This document shows, one piece after another, positions 1 through 13,340 of a DNA stretch of 64,000 bases; position 1 is the stretch's first letter, and every line of letters begins with the position of its first letter. The position numbers were made by a program, and so were the translations under genes. The DNA is taken from assembly GCF_009914755.1 (NCBI RefSeq), contig NC_060930.1. One strand, 5' to 3'. A model generated the notes under the pieces. It did not search any database, was not told where the DNA came from, and saw only the letters and a program-made list of their open reading frames with translations. Source of the DNA: the human T2T-CHM13v2.0 reference genome, Homo sapiens.

Positions 1-590
1 TGTGTGTGTGTTATTTAGGTTAAGCTATAACCCATGTACTTCAAGCATTCTAATCAGTTATGCTTAGTCCCAGAGAGGTCACCTGACCTTTAATTAAGTA
101 AGCCAGAGGCAGCAGCAACAAACCTTTCAGCAATCCAGATCTTAACACAGGAACCTTGGCTAAAAGACATATTGAATGCAAGCCATGAATTTATATTAGT
201 GAAACTGTTGTCTTAATTAGCATGAAGAGTGTCATAAGTGGCCTTTCATCAGTGAAATAAAATGTATTCACAATATACACATCAGCTAAAATATGTTAAA
301 GATGCTCTAAATAGGGTTTAAGTATCTAGTAATGTCTGTAGTCAGGACCTCAAGAAAGTTCCTGTACTCAGTTCCTAAGTGGTACTCTGTCCAGCCATTA
401 CTTTAGGAGTGTTTCTGTTTTCTTAATGGAAACCAGAGGAGTAACAGAATCCTATCTCTGGAATGTTCTTGTGTCTGCCTTGAGTAATTCTTTCATGCCA
501 GAATTATAGAATAGTCAGAGCACCTAAAAATGACGAGAATGGGGGCTTCTTTTACAGAATACAATGTAAGAACAGTTCTGCCTTCTTCGT

Positions 591-1494
591 TATTGGGGGT
601 GATTTTCAAAGGGGAGGGAGTGTACGAATAGGGTGTGGGTCACAGAGATCACATGCTTCATAAGGTAATAAAATATCACAAGGCAAATGGAGGCAGGGCG
701 AGATCACAGGACTGGGGTGAAATTAAAAATGCTAATGAAGTTGCATGTTCCACTGGGCACGCATCGTCATTGATAACATCTTATCAGGAGACAGGGTTTG
801 AGAGCAGACAACTGGTCTGACCAAAATTTATTAGGTGGGAATGTCCTCATCCTAATAAGCCTGGGAGCACTACGGGAGACTGGGGCTTATTTCATCCCTT
901 ATCTACATCCGTATAAGACAGACATTCCCAGAGCAGCCATTTCAGAGACCTCCTGCTAGGAACACACTCTCTTTCTCCAGGCTGTTCTTTGCTGAGAAAA
1001 AGAATTCAGCGATATTTCTCCTATTTGCTTTTGAAAGAAGAGAAATATGGTTCTGTTCTGCCTGGCTCTCAGGCAGCCAGACCTAATGGTTATCTCCCTT
1101 GTTCCCTGAACATAGCTGTTATCCTGTTCTTTTTTCAAGGTGCCCAGATTTCATATTGTTTAAACACACATGAGTTATGAACAATTTGTGCAGTTAACAC
1201 AATCATCACAGGGTCCTATGGTGACATACATCCTCAGCTTATGAAGATGACAGGATTAAGAGATTAAAGTAAAGACAGGCATAGGAAATCACAAGAGTAT
1301 TGATTAGGGAAGTGATAAATGTCCATGAAATCTTCACAATTTATGTTCAGAGATTGCAGTAAAGATAGATGTAAAAAATTATAAAAGTATTAATTTGGGG
1401 AACTAATAAATGTCCATGAAATCTTCACAATTTATGTTCTTCTGCCATGGCTTCAGCCAGTCCCTCCATTTGGGGTCCCTGACTTCCATTAACA
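591..1494 (-). mobile_element. MER11 solo LTR (HERV-K11/HML-8)
   Basis: The reverse complement begins TGTTAATGGAAGTCAGGGACCCCAAATGGAGGGACTGGCTGAAGCCATGGCAGAAGAACATAAATTGTGAAGATTTCATGGAC, matching the MER11 5' end. A perfect 6-bp TSD CTTCGT is at 585-590 and 1495-1500. Confidence 0.9.
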
Positions 1495-3774
1495 CTTCGT
1501 AGTAAAAGTCTGTTCAGTAAATGTCTAGGTGTTTGGCAGAGGGAGGTAACCCTCAAACACCTCAGATTTTGGGGGTACACTGTTACAAATAAAAAGAACC
1601 AAAAAGTTGTTCAATCAGTTGGCAACAGTTACCTTTCCTTCTATTCCAGCTACTTCATTGGCTAGGCAGGGTTTTGGGGTAGCCTACGAATCAGACCAGT
1701 ACTGATAAATTCTTATAGATATATTTGTTTTAAGTGCTAGTTAACCGTGTGTAATAGAAGTTTTGTGTCAAACTCCTTGCTAGGTTGGAGACAGCCCATA
1801 GTAGCAAATTTTTTATTTCCTAGCAACCCCTAATAGTCCTGATTAGCAAGCTCTCATTTATTTACTCAGTTTGGGAAATAGAGCAAACCAGACATGCAGC
1901 CGTGAATTCACTAATCGTTCTGTACTGTGGCCATCAGCAAACCTTTGGGTAGTTCTCAGCTACTGCTGATAATTCAGAATAGAGCAGTTAGCTATTGCAA
2001 ATTTGATGACTGTGCCTGTTTTGCCACTTCTGTTCTCAACTTAATTGATAGTTGCTGCCTTTATTATGAATTATTAACAATAAGAGTGAATTTTGTTGTT
2101 TGGTAAAGTGATAAATTGTTCTTTTGTTCTCAAGGTTAATTGCAGTCCCTATGCCCTGTTTACACTTTAACGACTCCCAATGGGAGCAAGCAAACAAACA
2201 ATTGAAAATATAAATTTAATTGTATAGAAATGTAGCATAAAATAAAGATAAAAAATTCATTTGTGTTCAGGGGCAAGAATGGTGATATAAATGTTCAAGA
2301 CATAGGTTTAAGCTCATACAAAAAAGTAGGAAGTGTGGCAGCAACAAAAATCATTTCTACTTCTTTTCTTCCTGAACTGTTCAAGTACAAACAGTCTCTG
2401 GGCTCAACAATTATACCAGGCAAAACATTAGGCATGAAATTGATGTTTTCTAAAATTTCAAGGTTTCTACGAATAAACACCTTGATAAAGAAATGAATAT
2501 TCTATGTGCTTAAAAATACTTATCATAATTACTATTTATTGATACTGTTACCAAAAGTGATGCAAAGATTGAAATAGGTGGTTTTAAAAGTCAAGGACAG
2601 ATGATCAGATTTTATACAGGTTGAGATAATTATAGCAAGATTATAAAGAGTAGTTAAGTATTCAAAACCTCCATTTTCCCACCACAAACATATAGTGAAT
2701 ACATTCATTTTCTCAGAGTGCCTACACTTCATAATTTCAAGATTAATGCTCATATGACAATTATTCATTATAGTTAAAAGTAAAATATTATTGAGAACCC
2801 TCTAAGGAACAAAATTCTTTTCTAATAGCTATAAACCAACTGTTTAAATCTTACAAGAAAGAACTTTCATTTTCAACTGTCTATTATTTGTGGTCTTAGT
2901 GTCTTTCAAAGGATGTGACTTGTGAATATTTCTCTTAGCAATACAATAAGATAGAATGGCTATTTTATTAAATTGTGTTCTACAAGCCCTGTTTCAATAG
3001 CATAACTTGTCTCAATCTTCCACAGTTCCTGCTGTTAAAAATATGTAGCTTCTGATGTACACTCTTATTCTAAATATAGATAAATTAAATGATGCTTATA
3101 AATTTTAAATTCTACAAATATTAGAGTCAACAACAACAAATGAACAGGGCTGTCTCTTTGTGCTGTCTCTTTGTGCTTGAAGTCTTGGCCTGTAACATTC
3201 CAGGAGGAAATTCTCGATCACTAGCAGTTATACTCCAGAGAGCAGGCATTTGGACAAATTTGCCTTCAACAACTTAGCAACAGATGAGTCTGTACCTACT
3301 GCTCAGATGACACTGCCAGGGCTTGACCAGAGTACTTTGCTGTAGATGAGAGCTTTGGTGACAGATTCTTTTGATTGGAAAGTTGGTAAGATTCCTAGAT
3401 CAGGCTGCTATGGAGGGGCAGGGCTCAATGGGGACCTTGCCAGCCAGGTGAGGTGGCTGATGGCTCTTTGTAATAGCTTTGGAAGGTACAGCTAATGATC
3501 TGTAGGAGTCAGTCTATGGATGTACACTCTCAGCAAGAGAAGATCAAAGGCTAGATTATGCTGAGAGCCAAGGGTTAAGTACTATTTATTAATAGCTATA
3601 CCTTGAACAGAATCCACAGAAAGGTCAGAGACTCTCACTGAGAGTGGGAAGTTCACCATGTTCTATCACAGTCTGTTTCATATCTGCTATTTCTAGAGAA
3701 ATGTGTCATCTAAAATGCAATGCAATAAAACAATGCAGACTTTGCATTATTTTTTTAAATCCAATACATGAAAT

Positions 3775-4035
3775 AGGTATCTGGATAATAGCAGGTTCTT
3801 GATACATATTGTACTTTGATGAAACCAGATATATTAACAGAGACTCTTTTGGTTCCAAGTTATAAAAGTTTTTGAGCTAACAGGTGAAAATGGTGAATTT
3901 ACAAGGTATCTGGATAATAATAGGTTCTTGATATACATTGTAGTTTGATGAAACCAGTTATATTAAGGGAGTCTCTTTTGGATCCAAGTTATACAAACCT
4001 ATTTGAGCTAACTGAGGTGAAAATGGTGAATTTAT
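3775..4035. repeat. Diverged tandem duplication, two copies of about 129 bp
   Basis: aggtatctggataat...ggtgaaaatggtgaattta starts at 3775 and again at 3904, with scattered substitutions and indels. Confidence 0.9.
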
Positions 4036-4521
4036 AATATGGGGGAAGGCCACATTCAGGAATCAGGAAAATAACTGGTATGAGGGACATCAGTATCAAT
4101 AGGATGTTCTCACATTCCTGCTCCCATGCAATATACTTCCCTCTCTCTGTAGGCCAGTTTCTCTTCTTCTTCAGTCCACAAGGTGTAACACACGGCCCTC
4201 AGTAGGCAGCCGTGTTTACATGAGACAGGTAGGGTCAATCTGCTGCTGAGAAAAGATTACTTTCTCAGTCCTCATTCTAAATTCTCTGGGGAGGGAGGCT
4301 GTGTGTTACATCTTGGGATCAAATACCCATCTGTGGGGCCACTTATCTGGCAAGGGTCATATATCATTAGTGACCTGGCTGCCACTAACCTAGTGATACA
4401 GCTGCATGGTACAAGGAGCGGGGAGGCAGCTTTTAGAAAAAGGCAAGTGAAACAACTTGAAAATAAGTAGCCTGCTACTTTAGAGGAATCAATGTTAAAG
4501 CAGTTTAAGAGATGTACATAT

Positions 4522-4885
<364 letters not shown>

Positions 4886-5362
4886 TTATATGTAATATAA
4901 CCATGTAACAATATATACTAATATATATTATAATATGTTACAGTATGCTATATCACTAATATAGTATATATAATATATACATATATGATAAAATCAGCCT
5001 ACATTTTAGAGCCTCATCAAGTTGTACTAAGAATGAAAGAACCTCTATTAGATGTTTCCCTAGGAATCTTTTGTTGGATGCTGGGTCTTAAGAATTGGGA
5101 AGGATGCTCTGTTCTGGGGGAAATACTAGATCTTTAGACAAAAGCTTTCTGCTTAGTAAGCCTTCCTCCTTTGCTTCCTCCCTTCCTTTCTCCCTCCCTT
5201 CCTTTTCTTCTTTCGTTCCTACAGAAGCAACCCATACCAGTGTAGCTGCTTTCATTATAAAAAGCCCTATTGTGATAAGCCCTTAGGCATGGTGAATGAG
5301 AAGAGTTACAAAGATACAAGAAAAGCTGTATAAATTACTGTCAAGATAGGTGGATTGGATTG

Positions 5363-7701
5363 TGATATGGTTTGGCTCTGTGTCCCACCCAAACCTTATC
5401 TCAAATTGTAATGTCCATTTATCGAGGGAGGGACCTAGTAGGAGGTGATTGCATCATGGAGGTGGTTTCTCCCATGCTGTTCTCGTGATAGTGAGGGAGT
5501 TCTCATGAGATCTGGTTATTTGATAAGTGTCTGGCACTCCTTGCCCCACTGCTGCCATGTAAAGAAGGTCCTTGCTTCCCCTTTGCCTTCTGCCATGATT
5601 GTAAATTTCCTGAGGCCTCCCCAGCCATGCAGCACTGTGAGTCAATTAAACCTCTTCTGTTTATAACTTACCCAGTCTCAGGTAGTAGCCTTATAGCAGT
5701 GTGAAAATGGACTAATACAAAGAATTGGTACAAGGAGTGAGGTAAAATGTGGAAGCAACTTTGGAACTGGGTAACAGGCAGAGATTGAAACAGTTTGGAG
5801 GACTCAGAACACAAGAAGATGTGAGAAAGTTTGAAACTTCCTAGAGACTTGTTGAATGGTTTTGACCAAAATGCTGATAGTGAGATGGACAACAAAGTCC
5901 AGGTGGAGATGGTCTCAGATGGAGATGAGGAACTTATTGGGAACTAGAGCAAAAGTCACTCTTGCTATGCTTTAGCAAAGAAATTTTCAGCATTTTTCCC
6001 CTGCCCTAGAGATCTGTGGAACTTTGAACTTGAGAGAGATGATTTAGGGTATCTGGCAGAAGAAATTTCTAAGCAACAAAGCATTCAAGATGTGACCTGG
6101 CTTATTCTGAAAGCATTCAGTTACATGCATTCACAAGAAAATGGGTTGAAATTAGAACTTATGTTTGAGAAGGAAGCAGAGCATAAAGATTTATAAAATT
6201 TGCAGCCTGACCATGTGGTAGAAAATAAAACCCCATTTTCTGGGGAGGAATTTAAGCCTGCTGCAGAAATATTCCTAAGTAATGAGGAGCTGCATGTTAA
6301 TAGCCAAGACAATGGGGAAAATGTCTCCAGGGCATGTCACAGACCTTCACATCAGCCTCTCCCATTACAAGTCTAGAGGTCTAGGAGGGAAAAATGGCTT
6401 CATGGGATGGGCCCATGACCCTGCTACTCTGTGCAGCTTTGGAACTTGGTGTCCCGCATCCCCGCGGTTCCAGCTCAAACAGTGGCTAAAAGGGGCCAAG
6501 GTACAGCTCAGCTGTAGCTTCAGAGCATGCAGGCCACAAGCCTTGGTTGTGTCCATGTGGTTTTGGGCCTATGGGTGCACAGAAAACATGAATTGTGGTT
6601 TGGGAACTTGCCTAGATTTCAGAGGATATATGGAAATACCTGGATGCCCAGGAAGAAGTCTACCGCAGGGGTGGGGCAGAGACCTCATGGAGAACCTCTA
6701 CTAGGACAATATAGAGGGAAAATGTGGGGTTGGAGCCCCCATACAGAGTTCCCACTGGGGTACTGCCTAGTGGAGCTGTGAGAAGAGGGCCACCATCCTC
6801 CAGACCCCAAAATGGTAGCTCCACTGACAGCTTGCACCATGCACCTGGAAAAGCCGGAAGCACTCAATGCCAGCCCATGAAAGCAGCCAGGGGGTGGGTT
6901 GAGAGGGCTATACCCTGCAGAGCCACAGGGGTGGAACATCCCAAGGGCTTGGGAGCCCACCCCTTGCATTAGTGTGTCCTGCTGACATGGAGTCAAAGGA
7001 GATTATTTTGGAGCTTTAAGATTTAATGACTGCTCCACCAGGTTTCAGACTTGCTTGGAGCCTGTGCCACCTTTGTTTTGGCCAATTTCTCTCATTTGGA
7101 ATGGGAACATTTACCCAATGCCTGTACTCCCATTGTATCTTGGAAGTAACTAACTTGTTTTTGATTTTATAGGCGCATAGGTGGAAGGGGCCTTGTCATA
7201 GGTGAGACTTTGGACTTGAATTTTTGAGTTCATGCTGGAATGAGTTAAGACTTTAGGGGACTGTTGGGAAGGCATGATTGGCTTTGAAATGTGAAAAGGA
7301 CATGGGATTTGGGAAGGGCCAGGGGTAGAATAGTATTGTTTGGCTCTGTGCTGCCACCCACATCTCATCTCAAATTGCAATCACCATAATCCTTACATGT
7401 CAAGGGAGGAACCTAGTGGGAGGTGACCAGATCATGGGGACAGTTTCTCCCATGCTGTTTTCATGATAGTGAGTGAGTTCTCATAAGATCTGGTTGTTTG
7501 ATAAATGTCTGGTGCTTCCCCACTAACCATCCTTCCATGATGTGAAGAAGGTCCTTGCTTCCTCTTTGCCTTCCACCATGATTGTAGGTTTCCTGAGGCC
7601 ACCCCAGCCATGCAGAACTGTGACTCAATTAAACCTCTTTTGTTTATAAATTGGTCCTAATTGTATTAGTGTGTTTTCACACTGCTATAAAGATACTACC
7701 T
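5363..7701 (+). mobile_element. Near full-length THE1 (THE1C/D-like) MaLR element: 5' LTR 5363-5719, internal about 5720-7330, 3' LTR 7331-7701 with inverted terminus
   Basis: The 5' LTR runs TGATATGGTTTGGCTCTGTGTCCC...GGACTAATACA. The ~1.6-kb internal region has typical MaLR-int text (GGAACTGGGTAACAGGCAGAG) and a purine-rich tract before the second homologous LTR. Confidence 0.93.
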
Positions 7702-7714
7702 ACTCAGGATACTT

Positions 7715-7825
7715 CTTTTTACAGAGGAGAAAACTGAGTCACAGATAAGTAAAACAGCTTGACCAGCATCATATGGTGAAGCCAGGATTGGACCCAGTGA
7801 GTCTGGTCCCAGAGCCCATTCTATT
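7715..7825 (-). mobile_element. MIR fragment
   Basis: ttttacagaggagaaaactgagtcacaga...ggattggacccag resembles the MIR core in antisense. Confidence 0.65.
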
Positions 7826-8794
7826 ATGAACCCCATACCTTTTCAGTGTAGGTACAGTGGCATGATAATAATGTAGCTGACAGATTTAAGGGTATATTAC
7901 TGGAAATGTTTAAATAAATCAGAACTATAAAATTACATAAAGGTGAGAAAAATTACACCATAATTTCCTGTACTTCCTTTGGTTCTAAGGTGACAGATGG
8001 GACTATTTTAGCAAGACAAATGTCTTAAAGAACTTCGAGGTTTCTGACATTTTAGTTTTCAGTCCAGATGCAATCCTTTGATTAATGAAGTTCTGGTTTT
8101 AGTTTCCCTAATTTTCAGGCTTACACATAAGGTCCTTGGAAGAATATACAATAAGCCTAAGTGAAAACGTTAGTGGCCATCTATCTCTTTCTAAATGGGA
8201 CCATTTAAATGATTGCAGACAGATAATTGCCTACATTAAAACCATAAAATATGTTATGAAACTCCCTTCTTTGGTCCTCTTACAATCAGGCATCTTAAAT
8301 ACTGACTCCATGTCTATTATCCCTTCTTTCTCCCACTCTAATTTAATTGGTGTAAGTTCCTAAAGCTTCATCAGAAAAATACCTTCCAAATTTTCCCAGT
8401 CCTCTTTCATAGTGCTTTTCTAACCCCAAGGTCCTTTTATGTTTGTCCTTGCATTCATTCCATTTTCAGACATCAGTGCCACATTCACAAATCAGCAGAC
8501 CTAGAGAAAGTAGATCATATATTATTCCATTTTGAATTATTTGTGACCTAAAATTTAAATATTAGAAGTGAGGGGCAGCCTTGCTATATATATCTGGCAG
8601 GTCCTACTTGAAACTACCTTAGGCCAAAAGCAGCAGATGCTGTGTTTCACAGTTGTTCAGAAGCATGGCATTTAAGTAAAGACACCTTGTCCATCTAATC
8701 TCTTCTCAGCATTTGACTTGGGCGCACGGATAAGGGCAGATTTGTGAGTATGATCCTCATAAATCAACTCCAACCATATCCCTTATTTACTTCT

Positions 8795-9277
8795 GTCCCT
8801 TCAATGGCTTCCTATCTCATTCAAAGCTCATGCCCAGATCCTCTGTGACCTCGTCTCCACTGATGGCATCTTTCAACCTTGAATCAATTACTCTTTCTTG
8901 ATTTTGCCCAGCACATTCTTACCAGGATGCCTTTGACATTGTACTTCTCTCTGCCTGAATTGCTCTTCCTCATATATTTCCAGGGCTCATGCCTTCACCT
9001 CCTTCATGGATTTTTCTCAAATACATCTCAGTGAAGCTTTCCCTGACCACCTTCATAGAATTGTAACCCTCTGTCCTGACACTTCCTTACATCCCTCTTT
9101 TTCCTTCTAAGAAGTTATCACTATCTAACATTTTATATATTTTACTTATTTTTCCTTATTAGTTTGCTGTCAAGAATTAGATATTTTTGTTCATTTTATT
9201 CACTGGTAAAGTGAAAAAAGGCTAGAAAAGTGCCTTGAAAAGAGTAAGCAGCAAAATATTTGTTGACTAAATAAACA
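8795..9277 (+). mobile_element. L2 3'-end fragment
   Basis: L2-type text (tgcctgaattgctcttcct, ctttccctgaccac) ending in aaatatttgttgactaaataaac. Confidence 0.65.
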
Positions 9278-9391
9278 AGCAAAGATTATACATGCAAAAA
9301 ACAGAGGTAATAAATAAGGGTTTGATTCACTTTTTAATAATGTTTGAAAAATATTTGGGGAGACTTCCTGAGGGAGGTGACATCAAAACTA

Positions 9392-9690
<299 letters not shown>

Positions 9691-9834
9691 AGGATAAATT
9701 AGAGTTTTAGAGTTTTCCAGCAGGACAAGTTAGAAGTGGAAATTTTACGTAGTTGAAAAAACATGTGCAAAAGCACTGATACAAAACTATATGGTGCATT
9801 TAGAATACCTTAAGTTTAAAAATATTGATAAATT

Positions 9835-10169
<335 letters not shown>

Positions 10170-10894
10170 TTAAATCGTGGAAAGTGCATTGGGAGTTTTA
10201 AGCATGAGTGATAGAGAATTATGCTCTGTTCTGCTTTTATAAAGATCCTTCGGCAGCAATATGAAGCATAAATTTGCAGAAATTGAGGATTTGTTTAGAG
10301 ATTTAAGTTAAAAGCATTAGCAACAGTCCAGGCTTCAGTAGATGAGGACTGTACTATAGGATGGAGGGACAGGGATGGTAACAAAAGAATTAACATTATA
10401 AATGATTGATTGAATGATTTTCTGTGAATATGTGCGTGTTTTGGGGGGAGATTTAGAGGAGTGAAGGAGCTGAATTTTATTGTTGATGAAAAATGGGGTT
10501 GTTCAGCTGAATTACTCAGTTTATTTCTTATTCGTTAACATTGATGTATGTCTTGGGGTAACTCCTAAGCCGTTCACATTCATTTTATATATCTTAAGAG
10601 TTCCAGAACTCTGGTTTATTGGTTAGGGAATGCAATTAGTAGGATAGACCTTTGTTTCTTAAAATCAATGAAAAGATCAGCAGAACACCCTAAGCTGTAT
10701 TTTTTTCTCAAGGTGCATAATCTGAAGACCTTGTGTAAAATCTCGACTCCTGAACTTTTTCCTGAAGTGAACAGAAAATTGTTGATTTTAGTTCACTCAA
10801 ACAAAATAAGAACTATTCACTGACAAATCTTCTGCATAACATTATTCTGTATGTGAAATACATGGCTGTCTGCTATTGGCAGCTCAGTGTGCAT

Positions 10895-11085
10895 TGTTCA
10901 GTAGAAAAGACATAAACTTTGAGTCACAGGGATACAGGCTAAATCCCATACCTGTGAGATAATCTTTGGCAAAATTACCAGGCCACCATGAATCTTACTT
11001 TTCTCTTCATAAGACAATATTTTACTTTTTTTTTTTGAAAACCCTACATCCCAGGATAGTTATGAGGTTTAAACTAGATAGTGTG
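10895..11085 (+). mobile_element. MIR
   Basis: Degenerate MIR: ctttgagtcacag...ctttggcaaaattacc...gatagttatgaggtttaaa. Confidence 0.55.
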
Positions 11086-11549
11086 TATGTATAAGTTTGA
11101 GGGTCCTTTGATTCTGAGTATAAACAACTTTGGCTAATTAGGAAAATAGGATTTATTGGAAGGAAATCAGGACTTAAATTATTGACATGAAGCCAGAGAA
11201 TGGGCAGAAACGACGGCAGCAAGAATCACAGAAACAGTCTCATAGCTGAAACAAACTGGTCTGGATGCCACTGCAAGAAAGAGTGTGTGCTAGCTGTTCC
11301 TGTTTTTCCTCTTTATGTGACCTGCTTGAGACTCAGTCCCAGGAGAGAGTATCAAATTGGCAGATTTGACCCCTTCCAGCTTCCACACTGGAAGGAAGGC
11401 CCTGGGGTTTCCATCCCAGCAAGACTCTAGACGTTCAGACAGAAATAATTCTGCAAAAGGAAATTGGGATGCTGAGAAGGAAGAATGGATTCTTGCTAGA
11501 CAAAAACATGAAAGTGATGCCTTTAAAGTGATTTATTAAATTGATGACT

Positions 11550-11802
11550 TTTGACGTGTTTTGATCACAATCCACAGCAAGAAATGCATTTTACATCATG
11601 ACCTAGGAGTCACATATGTATATGCATGTTTGTATTTCTTTATAACCAAGAAAGATGTTTCTTTTCTTACCAAGCTTATTCTTACCATATATGTTGCTCT
11701 GTTTTGTTCTATTTTATTCTATTTCACTTTTTAACAGCCCAGTCATGCCCCACTAAATTGATTTCATAACTTATGAATGGTTTACAATCTACAGGCTGAA
11801 CA
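11550..11802. mobile_element. Probable ancient hAT-Charlie-type non-autonomous DNA transposon remnant
   Basis: cacagcaagaaatgcattttacatcatgacc...ccactaaattgatttcat resembles a recalled MER consensus; family uncertain. Confidence 0.4.
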
Positions 11803-13179
11803 CATTTTGTTATAATGTATATAATATTAGTACATTGTACCAAATATTAGCAAACTGTAAATATCAGTTCTTATATCATCTTCCCCCTTTATTTTGCCTC
11901 CCACTCTCCCATGAAATAAAATCACAGTCAGTGACTGAATGACCAAGATATCTGCAGCCTCTCTCATTTTATTGGCTGATGGCATAGTTTTAGTCATAGT
12001 TTCCTGAAGAATAGAGTTGTATCAATTTCATAACTTTTAAGAGATGTGGCATATAAATAAAAACGGTATGAATAAAGAAATAGTAAAATGAAGAATGTGA
12101 GATAACTTAAGCCTCAGCAAAACTACAACCGCCTTCTTGAAATATCATAGTTTTCTGCTCTGCACACAAACATCTGCTGTTGCTCCCTGAAATGAGATTC
12201 CTGAGGCTAAGCACACCTTTTCTTAATCTTGACTGTATTGAAAAACCTATTTGGATATTTTTGGTACAAACATATATTTTGGCCTAAGATGTTGAGTTAA
12301 TTGGTTTAGAGGTTTGAGGCTTGAATTAATGAAATAATTGACTCAATTCTTTATTTTTTATTTTAGTTAGTCTTTCACCAAAGCATTATTAGACTCATAA
12401 TACATTTGACCAAAGATCTTCAATCTAATATAATTGGATAATTTACTGTAATTATTTCATTTTTAATGATCCCCTATCCCATTTCCTAGGAGAACTGTGG
12501 CAATCTCTCTCTTCAAACCTTTAGTGCTTGATCTATCCTTATCAAACCAGGGGATGATTTCCCTAACTTGCATTTGAAGCCTTCCTCCCTGAGATTTCTC
12601 TTTAGAATCCCTCAAATTTTAAGGTGTATCATTTCTCCTGTGTCTGGATCTCATTCCTTTTGGCATCTCCTGGTAGCCAAGTTCTTGAATTTGTCCTCTT
12701 TCATTTTCTTCTTCAAACCAGCCTTCTCTACTGGCGAAATCATCTCTTTTTACAAATGTTCTCTGATGCCCTAACAAACTATCTGAACACGATTGCTCAA
12801 CTTTCCTGTTCCCACAAGCTACCATTCCATAACTCCATCTTTCTTCACACGCTACATTTTTTTAAAGTACTGTATGTACATTTTGCTTCCATTTCATACT
12901 ATCCACTCATTCCTGTGTCTCTAATCAAGCATTCACTCTTCAATCTACTAAAACTCTTCCCTGAGTCTCTCATGACAATATCCAAGATGTGTATTTGTTT
13001 CAGTTGGTTTCCTTGTTGTGACACTATTCTGGTGCTTTGACTCAAGCTGTATCCTAACCAGTAGGCATTTCCCAAAGCCCTCTGCTGACCAACCTTCTTT
13101 TTGGTAGAGGGGCGAGATACACTTACATCTACTGGCTCGGATACAGCTTGAGTCGAAGAGAATAGGCAAATAATTTAAC

Positions 13180-13340
13180 TTTGGTTCAATCTGGGATCTG
13201 CCACTGTGAGCTATGCCATCTTGCCTAATTGTCCTACCCTTCTCAGCACTGTATAATGGAAATAATAGAGCCCATATCCTAGGGTCTTCTGAATGTTAAA
13301 TGAGAAAATATTGGTAAAGTGCTTAGAGAGTCCTTGGCTG
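13180..13340 (+). mobile_element. MIR
   Basis: ctgtataatggaaataatag...ttaaatgagaaaatattggtaaagtgcttag. Confidence 0.65.

Noticed and set aside
1317-1440. 32-bp direct repeat aaatgtccatgaaatcttcacaatttatgttc
   Set aside because: It is an intrinsic feature of the MER11 U3 consensus as I recall it.
6282-6996. Cluster of overlapping 60-140 aa ORFs
   Set aside because: They lie in the THE1 internal region and are decayed MaLR sequence, not a host gene.
12568-13169. 138-aa hydrophobic ORF and neighbours
   Set aside because: The composition reflects pyrimidine-rich non-coding DNA, with no homology I can recognise.
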